A stretch of DNA of 62,303 bases, filler included, from 5 parts of 5 records of this genome joined end to end with filler, not necessarily neighbours in it, one strand, 5' to 3'. Shown: positions 21,463-32,316, counted from the whole stretch's first letter. Numbers and translations are program-made. The notes: generated by a model not told the origin, from the sequence alone.

Positions 21463-22410
21463 ATGGAAATTATGATTGAAGTTGATCATGTTGCAAAGCA
21501 TTTCGGCCTGATTCAGGCGGTTCAGGATGTATCTTTTCGTGTGAACAAGGGCGAAATTCTAGGCTTTTTGGGTCCGAACGGCGCCGGTAAAACCACGACC
21601 ATGCGCGTGTTGACCGGATTTTACCCGCCCACCAGCGGATCGGCCAGGGTCGACGGGCTGGATGTTTTTGAAAAACCTATGGAAATCAGGAAGATGATTG
21701 GCTATCTCCCTGAAAATGTTCCTCTTTACGGTGAAATGACCGTCAGCGGATACCTCAGGTTTGTAGCCGAGGTGAAGCGGCCCCCCCGTTCCAAACGCAC
21801 GGAATCCATCGGCGCGGCCATGGAAGCCTGCCAACTCAACGGCGTAAGCAACAGATACATAAGCAAGCTTTCCAAGGGGTACCGACAGCGAGTCGGATTG
21901 GCCCAGGCCCTGATCGGAGATCCGGACGTGTTGATACTGGATGAGCCGACCATCGGGCTCGATCCCAAGCAGATTAATGAGATCAGGAAGGTCATCAAGG
22001 GATTTGCCGGGCGAAAGACCGTAATCCTGTCCACACACATTTTGCCTGAAGTGTCAATGACTTGCGACCGGGTTGTCATAGTTAACCAGGGCCGGGTGGT
22101 GGCTGAAGACACGCCGGCCAACCTTAGCAGTCAATTATCCGGTTCGGACCGCATTCGCCTGAAGGCGAGCGGGCCGGCCGCGGAAATCAGCACCTCGATT
22201 TCATCCATTGCCGGCGTTCACAATGTATCATCCGGCGATGAAGAAGGCCTGTTCCATGTTGAAGCGGAACAGGAAGCACGGCCTGAAATAGCCAAGGTCA
22301 TTTGCAATGCCGGATGGGACCTGTTTGAAATGTCGCCCATGACCGCCACTCTTGAAGAAGTCTTTCTCAACCTTGTGACTACTGAACAGGAGGCGGCCGA
22401 CGATGAGTAA
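21463..22410 (+). CDS. ABC transporter ATP-binding protein (GldA-like)
   Basis: GPNGAGKTT, LSKGYRQR, ILDEPT, STH. Confidence 0.9.
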   Translation: MEIMIEVDHVAKHFGLIQAVQDVSFRVNKGEILGFLGPNGAGKTTTMRVLTGFYPPTSGSARVDGLDVFEKPMEIRKMIGYLPENVPLYGEMTVSGYLRFVAEVKRPPRSKRTESIGAAMEACQLNGVSNRYISKLSKGYRQRVGLAQALIGDPDVLILDEPTIGLDPKQINEIRKVIKGFAGRKTVILSTHILPEVSMTCDRVVIVNQGRVVAEDTPANLSSQLSGSDRIRLKASGPAAEISTSISSIAGVHNVSSGDEEGLFHVEAEQEARPEIAKVICNAGWDLFEMSPMTATLEEVFLNLVTTEQEAADDE

Positions 22411-23170
22411 TTTTCTCCCTATTTTCAAACGCGAACTCAAGGTCTATTTTTCATCGCCCATTGCCTATGCCATGATTTTCATGTTCCTGGTCGCATCGGG
22501 CTATTTTTTCTACAGTTCGGTAACCATGTACGTTTTCGCCAGTTTCCAGGCCGCGCGTAATCCTTACATACAGGGTTTGAACGCAACGGACATGGTTGTT
22601 TCTCCCTTTTTCGGCAATGTTAGCGTCATAATGCTGCTCATGCTGCCCATTTTAACCATGCGGCTTTTTTCCGAAGAAAAGAAAAGCGGCACATTTGAAC
22701 TGTTGTTCACCTACCCGGTCAGAGACATTGACGTTTTGATGGGCAAATACCTGGCCGCGCTGGCCGTATTTACCGTGATGATAGGCCTGACCGGCATCTA
22801 TCACCTGATTTTACTCTCCATGGGCGTCAGCGCCACGGGCGTGCTGCTGTCCGGATATTTGGGGCTTTTCCTGCTTGGCGCGGCCTTTATCGCCCTGGGC
22901 CTGTTTGTTTCTTCAACCACTGAAAACCAGATAGTCGCCGCTGCCGTTACCTTCGGCCTGCTGCTTCTTTTCTGGGTAGTGGGCTGGTCGGCTTCGTCGG
23001 CGAGCCCCCCCTGGGCCGGTGTTCTGGAATACATCGCCCTGATCAGTCATCTGCTCAATTTCGCCCGGGGCATAATAGATACGGCCGATGCGGCCTATTA
23101 CCTCTGCTTTATCGTTCTTTTCCTGTTCCTGACCTTGCGCAGCCTGGAATCAAAAAAGTGGAGGGGCTAA
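22403..23170 (+). CDS. ABC-2 permease (GldF-like)
   Basis: 'LTMRLFSEEKKSGTFELLFT.P', 'TENQIVA'; six TM segments. Confidence 0.85.
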   Translation: MSNFLPIFKRELKVYFSSPIAYAMIFMFLVASGYFFYSSVTMYVFASFQAARNPYIQGLNATDMVVSPFFGNVSVIMLLMLPILTMRLFSEEKKSGTFELLFTYPVRDIDVLMGKYLAALAVFTVMIGLTGIYHLILLSMGVSATGVLLSGYLGLFLLGAAFIALGLFVSSTTENQIVAAAVTFGLLLLFWVVGWSASSASPPWAGVLEYIALISHLLNFARGIIDTADAAYYLCFIVLFLFLTLRSLESKKWRG

Positions 23171-23171
23171 C

Positions 23172-24752
23172 ATGAAGAAATACAGCCGTCATTTTGGAAT
23201 AGCCGGCCTGGTGCTGATTATTGCCGGGGCTCTCGGGTACGGCATGGCCCCCCAATTCAAGGGCTTCCACGTTATCCCCTGGGTTCTGGCCGCCTTATGC
23301 CTTTGCATATACGTATTATACAACCTGGGCCGGATCCTCACCTTCAGCAAGGGGCGTTCGGCCAGGTACGGCGCCGGATCGCTGATCGCCACCATACTGT
23401 TTACAGGCATAATTATTCTGGTCGCGGTGCTAACTCTAAAGCATAACTGGCGAGTGGATTTAACCGAAAACAAGCGATTCAGCCTGGCGCCGCAGTCATT
23501 AAAAGTTTTGGCCGGCCTTGACACAGACGTCAAGGTGACCGGGTTTTTCCAGGGGGAGGGCTCGGGCAAGCCGCAGGCCAAGAGCCTGTTGGACCAGTAT
23601 GCCTATGAATCGGACAAGTTTAAATATGAGTTGGTGGACCCGGACAGAAACCCGGCCCGGGCCAAGGCTGCCGGAATAACCAAGTATGACATCGTCGTAG
23701 TGGAAGCAGCCGGCCGTAGCGAACAACTTACCGTTTTCAATGAAGAACGCCTGACAAACGCTATGGTCCGCCTGATCAACCCGAACAAAAAAACCATTTA
23801 CTTTTTAACCGGGCATGGTGAAAGGGACATTGAAGACATAGGCAAGGATGGGTACAGTTCGCTCAAAACCAACCTGGAAAACCAGAATTACAATGTCAAG
23901 CCTCTGCTTTTGATGCAGGAGTCCAAAATGCCGGAAGATACGGCGGTACTGGTCATTGCCGGCCCCAAAAAGGAAATTCTGCCAGCGGAACTCCAGGAAA
24001 TTGATAAGTACCTGAGCGGAGGAGGAAAGATTTTCTTTCTGGTCGATCCGGGCGACCAGCCGGGCCTGACCGCATTTTTAAAGAAATTCAAAGTTATTTT
24101 AGGAAAAGATTATATTGTCGACAAAATGAGCCGCCTTTTTGGGGGCGACTACCTGATGCCGCTGTCAGCCCAGTACACGCAGCATCCCATAACCGAAGGG
24201 GTCAGGGTTCCGTCTTTCTTTCCCCTGGCCAGGTCCGTATCGGTTTCCCCCAAAAAGGTCAAGGGTGTAAAAGTGGTTCCCCTGGCGGCAACCAGCGACC
24301 AGTCCTGGGCTGAAGTAGACATAGAAGGCATAAGGCAGGGCCGGGCCGAATTTTCCGAAGTAATGGACCAGATAGGCCCCATTCCCGTAGCCGTGGTCGG
24401 CAAGGTCGAACTGAAAGGCGACAAGAGTAAAAAGGAAAAAACAATCCCCTTGCCCCAGGACCAGGACAAGAAAAAAGCCGAAGGTAAATTCATCGTTTTT
24501 GGCGATTCGGATTTTGCATCAAACCAGTATTTGAACCTTCAGGGCAACGGCGACCTGTTTTTTGCTTCATTAAGCTGGCTGGCTGAAGAAGCCGATCTTA
24601 TCGCCATAAGGCCAAAGGAGGCGCCGTCAAAACCGCTGATGCTCACCCAGATGCAGGCGCGCATGGTATTCTGGATTCCGGTGGTGCTCATGCCCCTGTT
24701 AGTTCTGGCTGCCGCGGTTATGGTTTTAACGTCCAGGAGAAGAGGGCAGTGA
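23172..24752 (+). CDS. GldG-like ABC auxiliary protein
   Basis: 'DLT..KRFSL', 'IYFLTGHGE', 'VFGDSDF', C-terminal TM. Confidence 0.85.
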   Translation: MKKYSRHFGIAGLVLIIAGALGYGMAPQFKGFHVIPWVLAALCLCIYVLYNLGRILTFSKGRSARYGAGSLIATILFTGIIILVAVLTLKHNWRVDLTENKRFSLAPQSLKVLAGLDTDVKVTGFFQGEGSGKPQAKSLLDQYAYESDKFKYELVDPDRNPARAKAAGITKYDIVVVEAAGRSEQLTVFNEERLTNAMVRLINPNKKTIYFLTGHGERDIEDIGKDGYSSLKTNLENQNYNVKPLLLMQESKMPEDTAVLVIAGPKKEILPAELQEIDKYLSGGGKIFFLVDPGDQPGLTAFLKKFKVILGKDYIVDKMSRLFGGDYLMPLSAQYTQHPITEGVRVPSFFPLARSVSVSPKKVKGVKVVPLAATSDQSWAEVDIEGIRQGRAEFSEVMDQIGPIPVAVVGKVELKGDKSKKEKTIPLPQDQDKKKAEGKFIVFGDSDFASNQYLNLQGNGDLFFASLSWLAEEADLIAIRPKEAPSKPLMLTQMQARMVFWIPVVLMPLLVLAAAVMVLTSRRRGQ

Positions 24753-24906
24753 AACCAAAATCAATACTGATTTACCTGGTTGTCCTGGCGGCCCTGGGTT
24801 CGTTTTATTATATCTATGACGTCAGAATGGCTGCCAAAAAAAATGAGCTTAAAAAAGCAGAGGCCAAAATTTACAGCCTGGAAGTCGACCAGGTCACTGA
24901 ATTTAA
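24749..24906 (+). CDS. Probable DUF4340-type protein, truncated by contig end
   Basis: N-terminal membrane anchor directly after gldG-like gene; call rests on usual synteny. Confidence 0.45.
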
Positions 24907-25006
24907 NNNNNNNNNNNNNNNNNNNNNNNNNNNNNNNNNNNNNNNNNNNNTTAATTAATTAANNNNNNNNNNNNNNNNNNNNNNNNNNNNNNNNNNNNNN
25001 NNNNNN
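24907..25006. other. Artificial contig linker
   Basis: N-run + TTAATTAATTAA + N-run. Confidence 0.98.
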
Positions 25007-25080
25007 CCCCGAAACTTCGGGGCGTCTTTACCATATGATCATTTATTACTGTGATTGATATAATAATTATCGAGTTTCAC

Positions 25081-25122
25081 CAGTTACCAGTCACTCGTCA
25101 CTCGTCACTCGTTACTCGTTAC
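25081..25122. repeat. Heptamer tandem repeat
   Basis: cagttac cagtcac tcgtcac tcgtcac tcgttac tcgttac. Confidence 0.8.
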
Positions 25123-25559
25123 CCGTTCTTACAATCTTTACACACTCCAAATATCTTCATCGTATGCCGTTTGGGTGAAAAACCCTGCGATTCACAAATG
25201 GAATCTTGTAATGCTTCAAGTTCAAGATCATGAAATTCAATGATCTTTCCGCATTTTTCACAGATCATATGATCATGATGTTCTTCTACGATCTCGTAAA
25301 TTTTTTCATCATTGATACTACGTAAATATTTTATCAGACCTGCATCTTCTATGGTCTTGATACTGCGATAAACAGTTGCTCTAGAGACTTTTTTCTCGGT
25401 GTTGCTCATTTTAGAGATAATATCATCGATCTTAAAATGACAACCCTGTGCCAATACTTCATCAAATATCTCAAGACGCTCGGGGGTTACGCTTTTCCCT
25501 TGAGAACGAAGATATTCCGTATAACGGCGATGTGCTGACTTTTTCTTCATTTTACACAC
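25119..25559 (-). CDS. fur: Fur family transcriptional regulator
   Basis: 'VSRATVYR', 'HHDHMICEKCG', C-terminal 'C..C'. Confidence 0.88.
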   Translation of the reverse strand: MCKMKKKSAHRRYTEYLRSQGKSVTPERLEIFDEVLAQGCHFKIDDIISKMSNTEKKVSRATVYRSIKTIEDAGLIKYLRSINDEKIYEIVEEHHDHMICEKCGKIIEFHDLELEALQDSICESQGFSPKRHTMKIFGVCKDCKNG

Positions 25560-27663
25560 CTATCAAGAGTGATAATTGATATACAACAAAAGAAGCGATC
25601 CAGGCGACCACTAAGGTATAACTGACAAAGATAACTGTCCATTTTTTTGAATTGCTTTCCCTTGAGAAAACTGCAACAGAGGCGAGACAAGGTATGTAGA
25701 GCAAAACAAAGACCATAAAGGATATTCCAACCGCCCTTGAGTACTCGGGATCATTGCGTAATGATTCTGCAAGTGTCTTGGTATTACTGTCTGTGTCACC
25801 GATAGCATAGATCGTTCCCATGGTGGAAACCACGATCTCTTTGGCTGCCAATCCATTCACAAGTGCAATGTTCAAGCGCCAATCAAAACCCAAAGGCTTT
25901 GAAATGGGCTCAAGAAACTTTCCAACACGCCCTGCAATACTGTAGGGCAATTGTTCAGCCTTTTCAAGTCTGTCGATTTGTTCAATATTTGCACCTTGTT
26001 GCAGGCGCATGCTTTCATATTTTTGATGTATTTCTGTATTTCTCGGGTAAGAACCGGCAAACCAGATAATAACACTGGCTATGAGAATAACTGTTCCGGC
26101 TTTCTTGATATACATCCAGGCCCGGTTCCAGGTCTGTTGCGCCATGGAACGACCTGAGGGTCTGCGATAGGGGGGGAGTTCCATGACAAAAGGTTCTGAT
26201 TCGTCCTTGAAAGCGGCTTTTTTTAATAGTTTAGCTGAAAGCAAGCCGATGAATATACCAAAAAGATAAACACCAAATAGAACGTTACCGGCCATCGAGG
26301 GTGCAAAGAATGCTGAAATGATCACGGTATAAAGCGGAAGTTTTGCACCGCATGAAAAGAAAGGTACGACCATCATAGTGGTTAATCTGTCACCCCGGTT
26401 CCTAAGCGTTCGGGCCGCCATAATGGCCGGGACCGTACAACCGAAGCCGGTGATCATAGGGATGAAAGATTTTCCATGCAGGCCGATACGGTGCATGAGC
26501 TTGTCCACCACAAATGCTACCCTTGCCATATAACCTGTTGCTTCAAGCAATGAAATACAGAGAAAGAGAATAATAATATTCGGTAAAAAAACAAGAACGC
26601 CACCGACGCCGGCTAGGATGCCGTCGAGCAAGATAGATTTTGCCATGGATGCCGGAATGATGCTGTCAAGATGGTTTGTCAGCAACTGAAAAAGCCGGTC
26701 GATCCAGTGCATTGGGTATTCGCCTAGCCTGAAAGTCAGCTGGAAAATAGCATACATGATCAGTAAAAAGATAGGTAAACCAAAAATGCGGTGTAACAGA
26801 ATGTTATCTATCTTTTCGGTCAAAGACTCTGGTTCATCTTCCGGGTAGAAAACCGTCTCGTGGATCGCACCATGAATGAATGATACGCGTTCTTCACTAA
26901 GGTATACATTTGGTTCTTTGCCCTGATGGTATTTTGCAATGCTGTCCTTGATATAAGAATATTTTTCCTGTACTTCATCCCAGCAGGGGCGAGAGGAAAG
27001 TAGTTGGACCACATCTTTGTCATTTTCGATCAATTTAATGGCCATCCAACGTGTAGGATAGTCTTGAGCTATCTTTCTGTCAGTGATGAGATCTGATAAG
27101 CTGATAATAGCATTTTCAATATTTTCAGTATAGGTATGCTTATATTTTTTAGTTTCGATCTCACCGGATTTTATTTGAACAATATGATCAAGCAGGTCAC
27201 TGATCCCTTCGCCTGTAACAGCAGATGTAGGGATCACATGCGCACCAAAAAGCTTCTCGAACTGGTCAAGGTCGATATTGATATTTTGTTTTTTTACTTC
27301 ATCGATCATGTTCATGACAACCAGAAGCTCTACTTCCAGATCCATGAGCTGTGTTGTTAGAACAAGATTTCTCTCTAGATTTGTAGCATCTACAATATTA
27401 ACGACCATATCCGGTTTTTCATTGAGAATATAGTCTCTGGCCACTTTCTCTTCCGGGCTGTAAGGAGAGAGACTATAGGTTCCGGGAAGATCGACAAGTT
27501 TGATGGTATAACCTTTATGTTTAAAGGTACCTTCAACTTTTTCAACGGTTACACCGCTGAAATTACCTACTTTTTGATTAGTCCCTGCCAGGGTATTGAA
27601 AATTGATGTTTTACCGGAATTTGGGTTTCCGGCCAGTGCCACATGAATGGTCTTAGTCTTCAT
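25552..27663 (-). CDS. feoB: Ferrous iron transporter FeoB
   Basis: GNPNSGKT, 'VGNFSGVTVE', DLPG, NMID, 'GFGCTVP', 'LYIPC'. Confidence 0.96.
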   Translation of the reverse strand: MKTKTIHVALAGNPNSGKTSIFNTLAGTNQKVGNFSGVTVEKVEGTFKHKGYTIKLVDLPGTYSLSPYSPEEKVARDYILNEKPDMVVNIVDATNLERNLVLTTQLMDLEVELLVVMNMIDEVKKQNINIDLDQFEKLFGAHVIPTSAVTGEGISDLLDHIVQIKSGEIETKKYKHTYTENIENAIISLSDLITDRKIAQDYPTRWMAIKLIENDKDVVQLLSSRPCWDEVQEKYSYIKDSIAKYHQGKEPNVYLSEERVSFIHGAIHETVFYPEDEPESLTEKIDNILLHRIFGLPIFLLIMYAIFQLTFRLGEYPMHWIDRLFQLLTNHLDSIIPASMAKSILLDGILAGVGGVLVFLPNIIILFLCISLLEATGYMARVAFVVDKLMHRIGLHGKSFIPMITGFGCTVPAIMAARTLRNRGDRLTTMMVVPFFSCGAKLPLYTVIISAFFAPSMAGNVLFGVYLFGIFIGLLSAKLLKKAAFKDESEPFVMELPPYRRPSGRSMAQQTWNRAWMYIKKAGTVILIASVIIWFAGSYPRNTEIHQKYESMRLQQGANIEQIDRLEKAEQLPYSIAGRVGKFLEPISKPLGFDWRLNIALVNGLAAKEIVVSTMGTIYAIGDTDSNTKTLAESLRNDPEYSRAVGISFMVFVLLYIPCLASVAVFSRESNSKKWTVIFVSYTLVVAWIASFVVYQLSLLIGV

Positions 27664-27997
27664 GTTGCCACCTGTGATGTCTTAACCAGCCTTTGCGCCG
27701 GCCACGACAGTCTCCACGAAGATGATGATGGCTGTGATGGTATCCTAAATCAACGACCTCGATATCCTGTGCTTCTTCTTTACGCAAGCTCATTAAAAAG
27801 TGACGGATTCGTATCTCGATAGGATCTCCCAAAGGTGCAAAACGGATCACCCAAAGTCTGCTACCGGGAACCAGGCCCATATCCAGTATTCGTTGCCCCA
27901 CAGCCCCTTTTGCGCTAACAGAAACGACCTGATATCTTTTGCCGACTTCAGCTTTACTTAAGGGTAAGGTGGTGATTTTATCGTTGTTGCTCATCAT
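27653..27997 (-). CDS. feoA: FeoA with His/Arg-rich C-terminal extension
   Basis: 'RILDMGLVPG', 'APLGDPIEI', 'SLRKEEA'. Confidence 0.92.
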   Translation of the reverse strand: MMSNNDKITTLPLSKAEVGKRYQVVSVSAKGAVGQRILDMGLVPGSRLWVIRFAPLGDPIEIRIRHFLMSLRKEEAQDIEVVDLGYHHSHHHLRGDCRGRRKGWLRHHRWQHED

Positions 27998-28035
27998 AAA
28001 ATAAAATTAGTGAAATATATCACATTATCCAAGAC

Positions 28036-28062
28036 AATAATTGAGATTAAGTCTCAATTATT
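28036..28062. promoter_or_regulatory. Fur-box-like operator
   Basis: AATAATTGAGA-ttaag-TCTCAATTATT perfect 11-bp inverted repeat upstream of feoA. Confidence 0.75.
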
Positions 28063-28271
28063 AGCAAAGAGACAATAACCAAACTCCAATAACCAATTAA
28101 ATAGGATTGAGTATTGATATTATTATAGAGCTTGAACATTAAACTTCTAAACAGCGAAGCGTCTAAGCTTTTAAACATTCTTCAAATTTACATTTCATTT
28201 CTCTTGTTTTAAGAGTATGTTTCAAAGCTTTTTGAAAAACAGGGAGGAGAATACGTCGAAAGGTTATTACT

Positions 28272-28994
28272 ATGAGTGAACAAACTCCACTTCTACAACT
28301 TGAGAATATCAAAGTAAAAAAACCTAACCAACCGATCGAGATCTATACATCAACCCTATTTCCGGGTTTAATTTATCAGATCCAGGGGCCGAACGGCTCC
28401 GGAAAAACAGATTTATTGAATGTGTTTGCGCATGAACAAAAGGTCAATGAAGGGGCCATATATTTCGAAGGGAAGTCATCCGCAAAAAAACAATATTCCG
28501 CAAAGATCGTTAAAGGTTTAATTACCTATATTCGCCAGGAAGGCCAAGTCTTCAAAAAAACACCCCTGGCAACTTTATTAGATGCCGTAAAGGCAAAAAA
28601 ACTTTCATCACCGCTTGCTTATCGCACGGTTATGGAATTATTGGACGATTTCGGTTTACAGGATATCGCAAATCGTAAAATTTCCGAACTTTCATCCGGA
28701 ACACGCAAGAAGATCTCATTGCTAAAAGTATTCTTGCAGGATTCAAAGCTGATCATTATCGATGATCCCGGTTTTGATTCATTGGATGACCATTTTGTAA
28801 AAAAATATGTTACAGTCCTTAAAAAGAATGTCAAACAGGATAACAGGACCCTCGTACTTGCATCTGCACAATCTTTGGTCCGACACCGTTTGGTCGATAT
28901 TACACTTGTAATGCATAAGGGACATATTATTCGTGTGGAAAAAACGTATCAGCGTAAATCCACCAATCGCAAAAAGCCAACGAAAAAAACATAA
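28272..28994 (+). CDS. Degenerate ABC-type ATP-binding protein
   Basis: GPNGSGKT, signature LSSGT, Walker B IIIDDP, no H-switch. Confidence 0.7.
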   Translation: MSEQTPLLQLENIKVKKPNQPIEIYTSTLFPGLIYQIQGPNGSGKTDLLNVFAHEQKVNEGAIYFEGKSSAKKQYSAKIVKGLITYIRQEGQVFKKTPLATLLDAVKAKKLSSPLAYRTVMELLDDFGLQDIANRKISELSSGTRKKISLLKVFLQDSKLIIIDDPGFDSLDDHFVKKYVTVLKKNVKQDNRTLVLASAQSLVRHRLVDITLVMHKGHIIRVEKTYQRKSTNRKKPTKKT

Positions 28995-29022
28995 ATTATA
29001 TTATTCTCCTCCCCATTTTAAA

Positions 29023-29071
29023 TCAAGATACAAGAGACAGTATCCAAGAGACAATATCCAAGAGACCATTA
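29023..29071. repeat. Heptamer-periodic repeat
   Basis: tcaagat acaagag acagtat ccaagag acaatat ccaagag accatta. Confidence 0.7.
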
Positions 29072-29121
29072 TAATATTTTCGTTCAATTGAATAACTAAA
29101 ACTTTCATACTCTGCTTTATC

Positions 29122-29775
29122 ATGAAAAAAATCAAAACATCAAGATATGCCGAATTCGGTAAATATACCAAACGTGAGAAGATGGTAAAACTCCTCAAGG
29201 AGTATGGTATCAAAGATAAGCGCATACTTAATGCTTTTTTGACGATTCCCAGACATCTTTTTATGCCCGAAGATGAAGTAGAAAAATCATATCGTGATCA
29301 AGCAGTACCGATAGGTTGTGGCCAAACCATTTCCCAACCCTATGTGGTCGCCTTAATGCTTGAATACTTGGACTTGAAACCTCAAGATAGCATTCTCGAG
29401 ATTGGATCAGGTTCCGGATATGTAACTGCCATACTTTCATTACTCGTTAAAAAGATCGTCGGTATTGAACTTGAAAAAGATCTGGCGGAAAGAAGTAAAA
29501 AAGTACTAAACAAACTTAAGATAGAAAATGTAAACATTTTTTGTAAAGATGGGCATGTTGGCCATAAAGCCCGTGCACCCTATGATGCCATCTTATTATC
29601 AGCAGCACCGGAGAAATTACCGGAAGGTTTGCTAGATCAGCTTAAACCGCAAGGAAAACTAATTTTACCTGTTGGGAAATTCGATCAATTGTTAGTATTA
29701 TACGAACAGAAAAACGGAGAATGGAAGGGACGTGTCATCACGGATGTTCACTTTGTCCCACTGAGAGAAAAATGA
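29122..29775 (+). CDS. pcm: Protein-L-isoaspartate O-methyltransferase
   Basis: 'IPRHLF', 'GQTISQP', 'LEIGSGSGY', 'APYDAI', 'FVPL'. Confidence 0.93.
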   Translation: MKKIKTSRYAEFGKYTKREKMVKLLKEYGIKDKRILNAFLTIPRHLFMPEDEVEKSYRDQAVPIGCGQTISQPYVVALMLEYLDLKPQDSILEIGSGSGYVTAILSLLVKKIVGIELEKDLAERSKKVLNKLKIENVNIFCKDGHVGHKARAPYDAILLSAAPEKLPEGLLDQLKPQGKLILPVGKFDQLLVLYEQKNGEWKGRVITDVHFVPLREK

Positions 29776-30305
29776 GAGCAGCAGTAAGCAGAATAGATCT
29801 GAAATTATTCCAGGCGATATTCAACTTTCACCGAAAGTCGGTGCTTCCTGTGATATTCAGGATCATTTCATTTATAGGTGACGGTTACTTCTACGGATTA
29901 TATCTGCTTTATCTTTATCTTGCAAAGATCGAGCTTTTTAAACCTGCTCTATATACGGTATTGATCGCGTTTGCTATTGAATTGCCGATCTATAGAATCC
30001 TAAAAAATACCATACGAAGGGTCAGGCCTTTCAATGCGCATAATGAAGTTGAGAACATGGTCTATCCATTAGATGAGTTCTCATTCCCCTCGGGACATAC
30101 TTCAGCAGCTTTTCTTGTTGCAACTGTCATTGCTTATTTCACACCATTTTTAGCGATCCCGATCTTTATTTTTGCATTTTTAGTTGGGATGGCGCGTATT
30201 TATCTTGGTGTACATTATCCTTCCGATATTATTGGCGGGATCTTTTTTGGTAGTGGTATGGCGGCAATAGCGATCGTCATCGTCGAAAAATTCATAATTA
30301 ACTAA
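29772..30305 (+). CDS. PAP2 family phosphatase
   Basis: K-x6-RP, SFPSGH, 'RIYLGVHYPSD'; ATGA overlap with pcm. Confidence 0.9.
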   Translation: MRAAVSRIDLKLFQAIFNFHRKSVLPVIFRIISFIGDGYFYGLYLLYLYLAKIELFKPALYTVLIAFAIELPIYRILKNTIRRVRPFNAHNEVENMVYPLDEFSFPSGHTSAAFLVATVIAYFTPFLAIPIFIFAFLVGMARIYLGVHYPSDIIGGIFFGSGMAAIAIVIVEKFIIN

Positions 30306-30348
30306 ACAATATTTCAGAAAGAACCATAACAGGTTCCGGGAGGCTAAG

Positions 30349-32192
30349 ATGGGATCATCTGAAAACCTTAAATCATCCAAAAAAGCCAAAAATGCATCAG
30401 GGAATTCTACTAATCGTGGTACAAAAAGATCGTTGAGCGCGAAAAAGCCCTGGTTGAAGCAATATCATAAGCGCGTACCGGATGAGATCGTAACTCGCGA
30501 CGAGTCTCTTTATGAAACAATAAGAAGAGCCGCATATAATTATCCTAAGATCAATGCTTGGGAATTTCTTGGTGAAAAAAGCAGTTTTAAAGATTATCTA
30601 AAGGAAATAGATAAATGTGCTGATGCCTTTTGGGCACGAGGTATTAGAAAAGGAGATAGAATAACGATTTGCTTACCGAACGTTCCTCAAGCGGTCATCA
30701 CATTCTATGCTTTGAATAAGATCGGTGCCATCGTATCGGAAATACATCCTCTATCCACTTCGGATGAGATCGAATATTTTATGAACATTTCAAAAAGCAA
30801 GTGGGCAATAGCTCTGGATGCTTTTTATGGTCGTTTTGCAAAAGTTATGCCGAAGATCGAGGCTGAGACGCTGTTATTAACAAAGGTCACAGATTACCTT
30901 GGTGATGTGAAGTCGGGATTTTTTAATATGACCACCGGAAGGAAGATCCCTAAAGTTCCCTCTGATGATCCATTCGTCCTTTGGTGGCAAGATTTTATTA
31001 CCACCAAAACCCAACCTGCTCCGGAAGTGGAGATGGATCCCGATGAAATGGCTGTGATCCTTTATAGTGGAGGAACGACAGGCCTATCAAAAGGTATTAT
31101 GCTCACTAGTCGTAACTTTAATGCACTGGGCGAACAAATGGTGCTCCAACTGGATGATGATTTCAAGCCCGGGTCGGTTATATTGGCAATTTTACCTGTG
31201 TTTCATGGGTTTGGGCTGGGGATTTGTGTTCATACGATCATGATGCATGGTGGGACAAGTCGACTGGTACCGAAATTCGATGGCGATATCGTTGTTAAGC
31301 AAATACAGAGGAATTGTCCAAATATAATCGCCGGTGTACCGACTTTATATGAAGCAATGTTGAGAAATAAAAGGCTATATAAAGCAGACCTGTCAAATTT
31401 GATCGGGGTTTTTGTCGGTGCCGACAAAATGCCCAAACCTGTTCGCGATAAATTCAATAAGGTTTTAAAACAGGGCGGATCTAAGGCGAAGATCAGGGAA
31501 GGGTATGGATTGACCGAAACTGTGACAGGTCATACTCTTATACCCTCGGGCAATGATCGTGATGGCTCGGTCGGTATTCCTATCTCAAGCATGTTCGTCA
31601 AGATCGTTGAACCCAATACGATAAAAGAAGTACCTGCCGGGGAAGATGGAGAGATCTGCGCCACGGGTCCAACGATGATGCTGGGTTATCTGGATGAACC
31701 CGAGGAAACCGCAGAAGCGCTAAGGGTACATGAAGATGGTAAAACGTGGCTGCATACCGGAGATCTTGGGTATATGGATAAGGATGGATTTCTTTATTTC
31801 CGTCTCAGGATGAAACGTATGGTCAAAGTTTCCGGAATGGGAGTCTTTCCACCCGAAATTGAAAATTGTATTGATTCACATCCTGCCGTAAAATATTCCT
31901 GTGCTATCGGCGTTCCGGATCCTTATAAGATCAATGTGATCAAGGCTTTTGTTGTTACAGAAGGTGATATTGAGCCTTCTCCTGAACTTGCTGATGATAT
32001 AAAAGATTTCTGCAAAGGCAAGATCAACAGCTGGAGCTGTCCTCAGTATATCGAATTTCGCAAAGAACTTCCATTGACAAAAGTTGGTAAGATCGCTTAT
32101 ACGCAGCTTGAATCTGAAGAGCTTGCCAAATGGAAAGAAGATGGCGATTTCTCTAAAAAAGTTGAAGATGATATTATAAAAAGCGGACAAGA
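30349..32192 (+). CDS. Long-chain fatty acid-CoA ligase (3' end cut by contig end)
   Basis: 'YSGGTTGLSKG', 'EGYGLTE', 'WLHTGDLG', 'LPLTKVGK'. Confidence 0.9.
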
Positions 32193-32292
32193 NNNNNNNN
32201 NNNNNNNNNNNNNNNNNNNNNNNNNNNNNNNNNNNNTTAATTAATTAANNNNNNNNNNNNNNNNNNNNNNNNNNNNNNNNNNNNNNNNNNNN
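32193..32292. other. Artificial contig linker
   Basis: N-run + TTAATTAATTAA + N-run. Confidence 0.98.
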
Positions 32293-32316
32293 GAGCCGCC
32301 GAGGCCTCGGCGGCTC
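32293..32316. repeat. GC-rich perfect palindrome (REP-like)
   Basis: GAGCCGCCGAGG/CCTCGGCGGCTC at contig edge. Confidence 0.5.
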
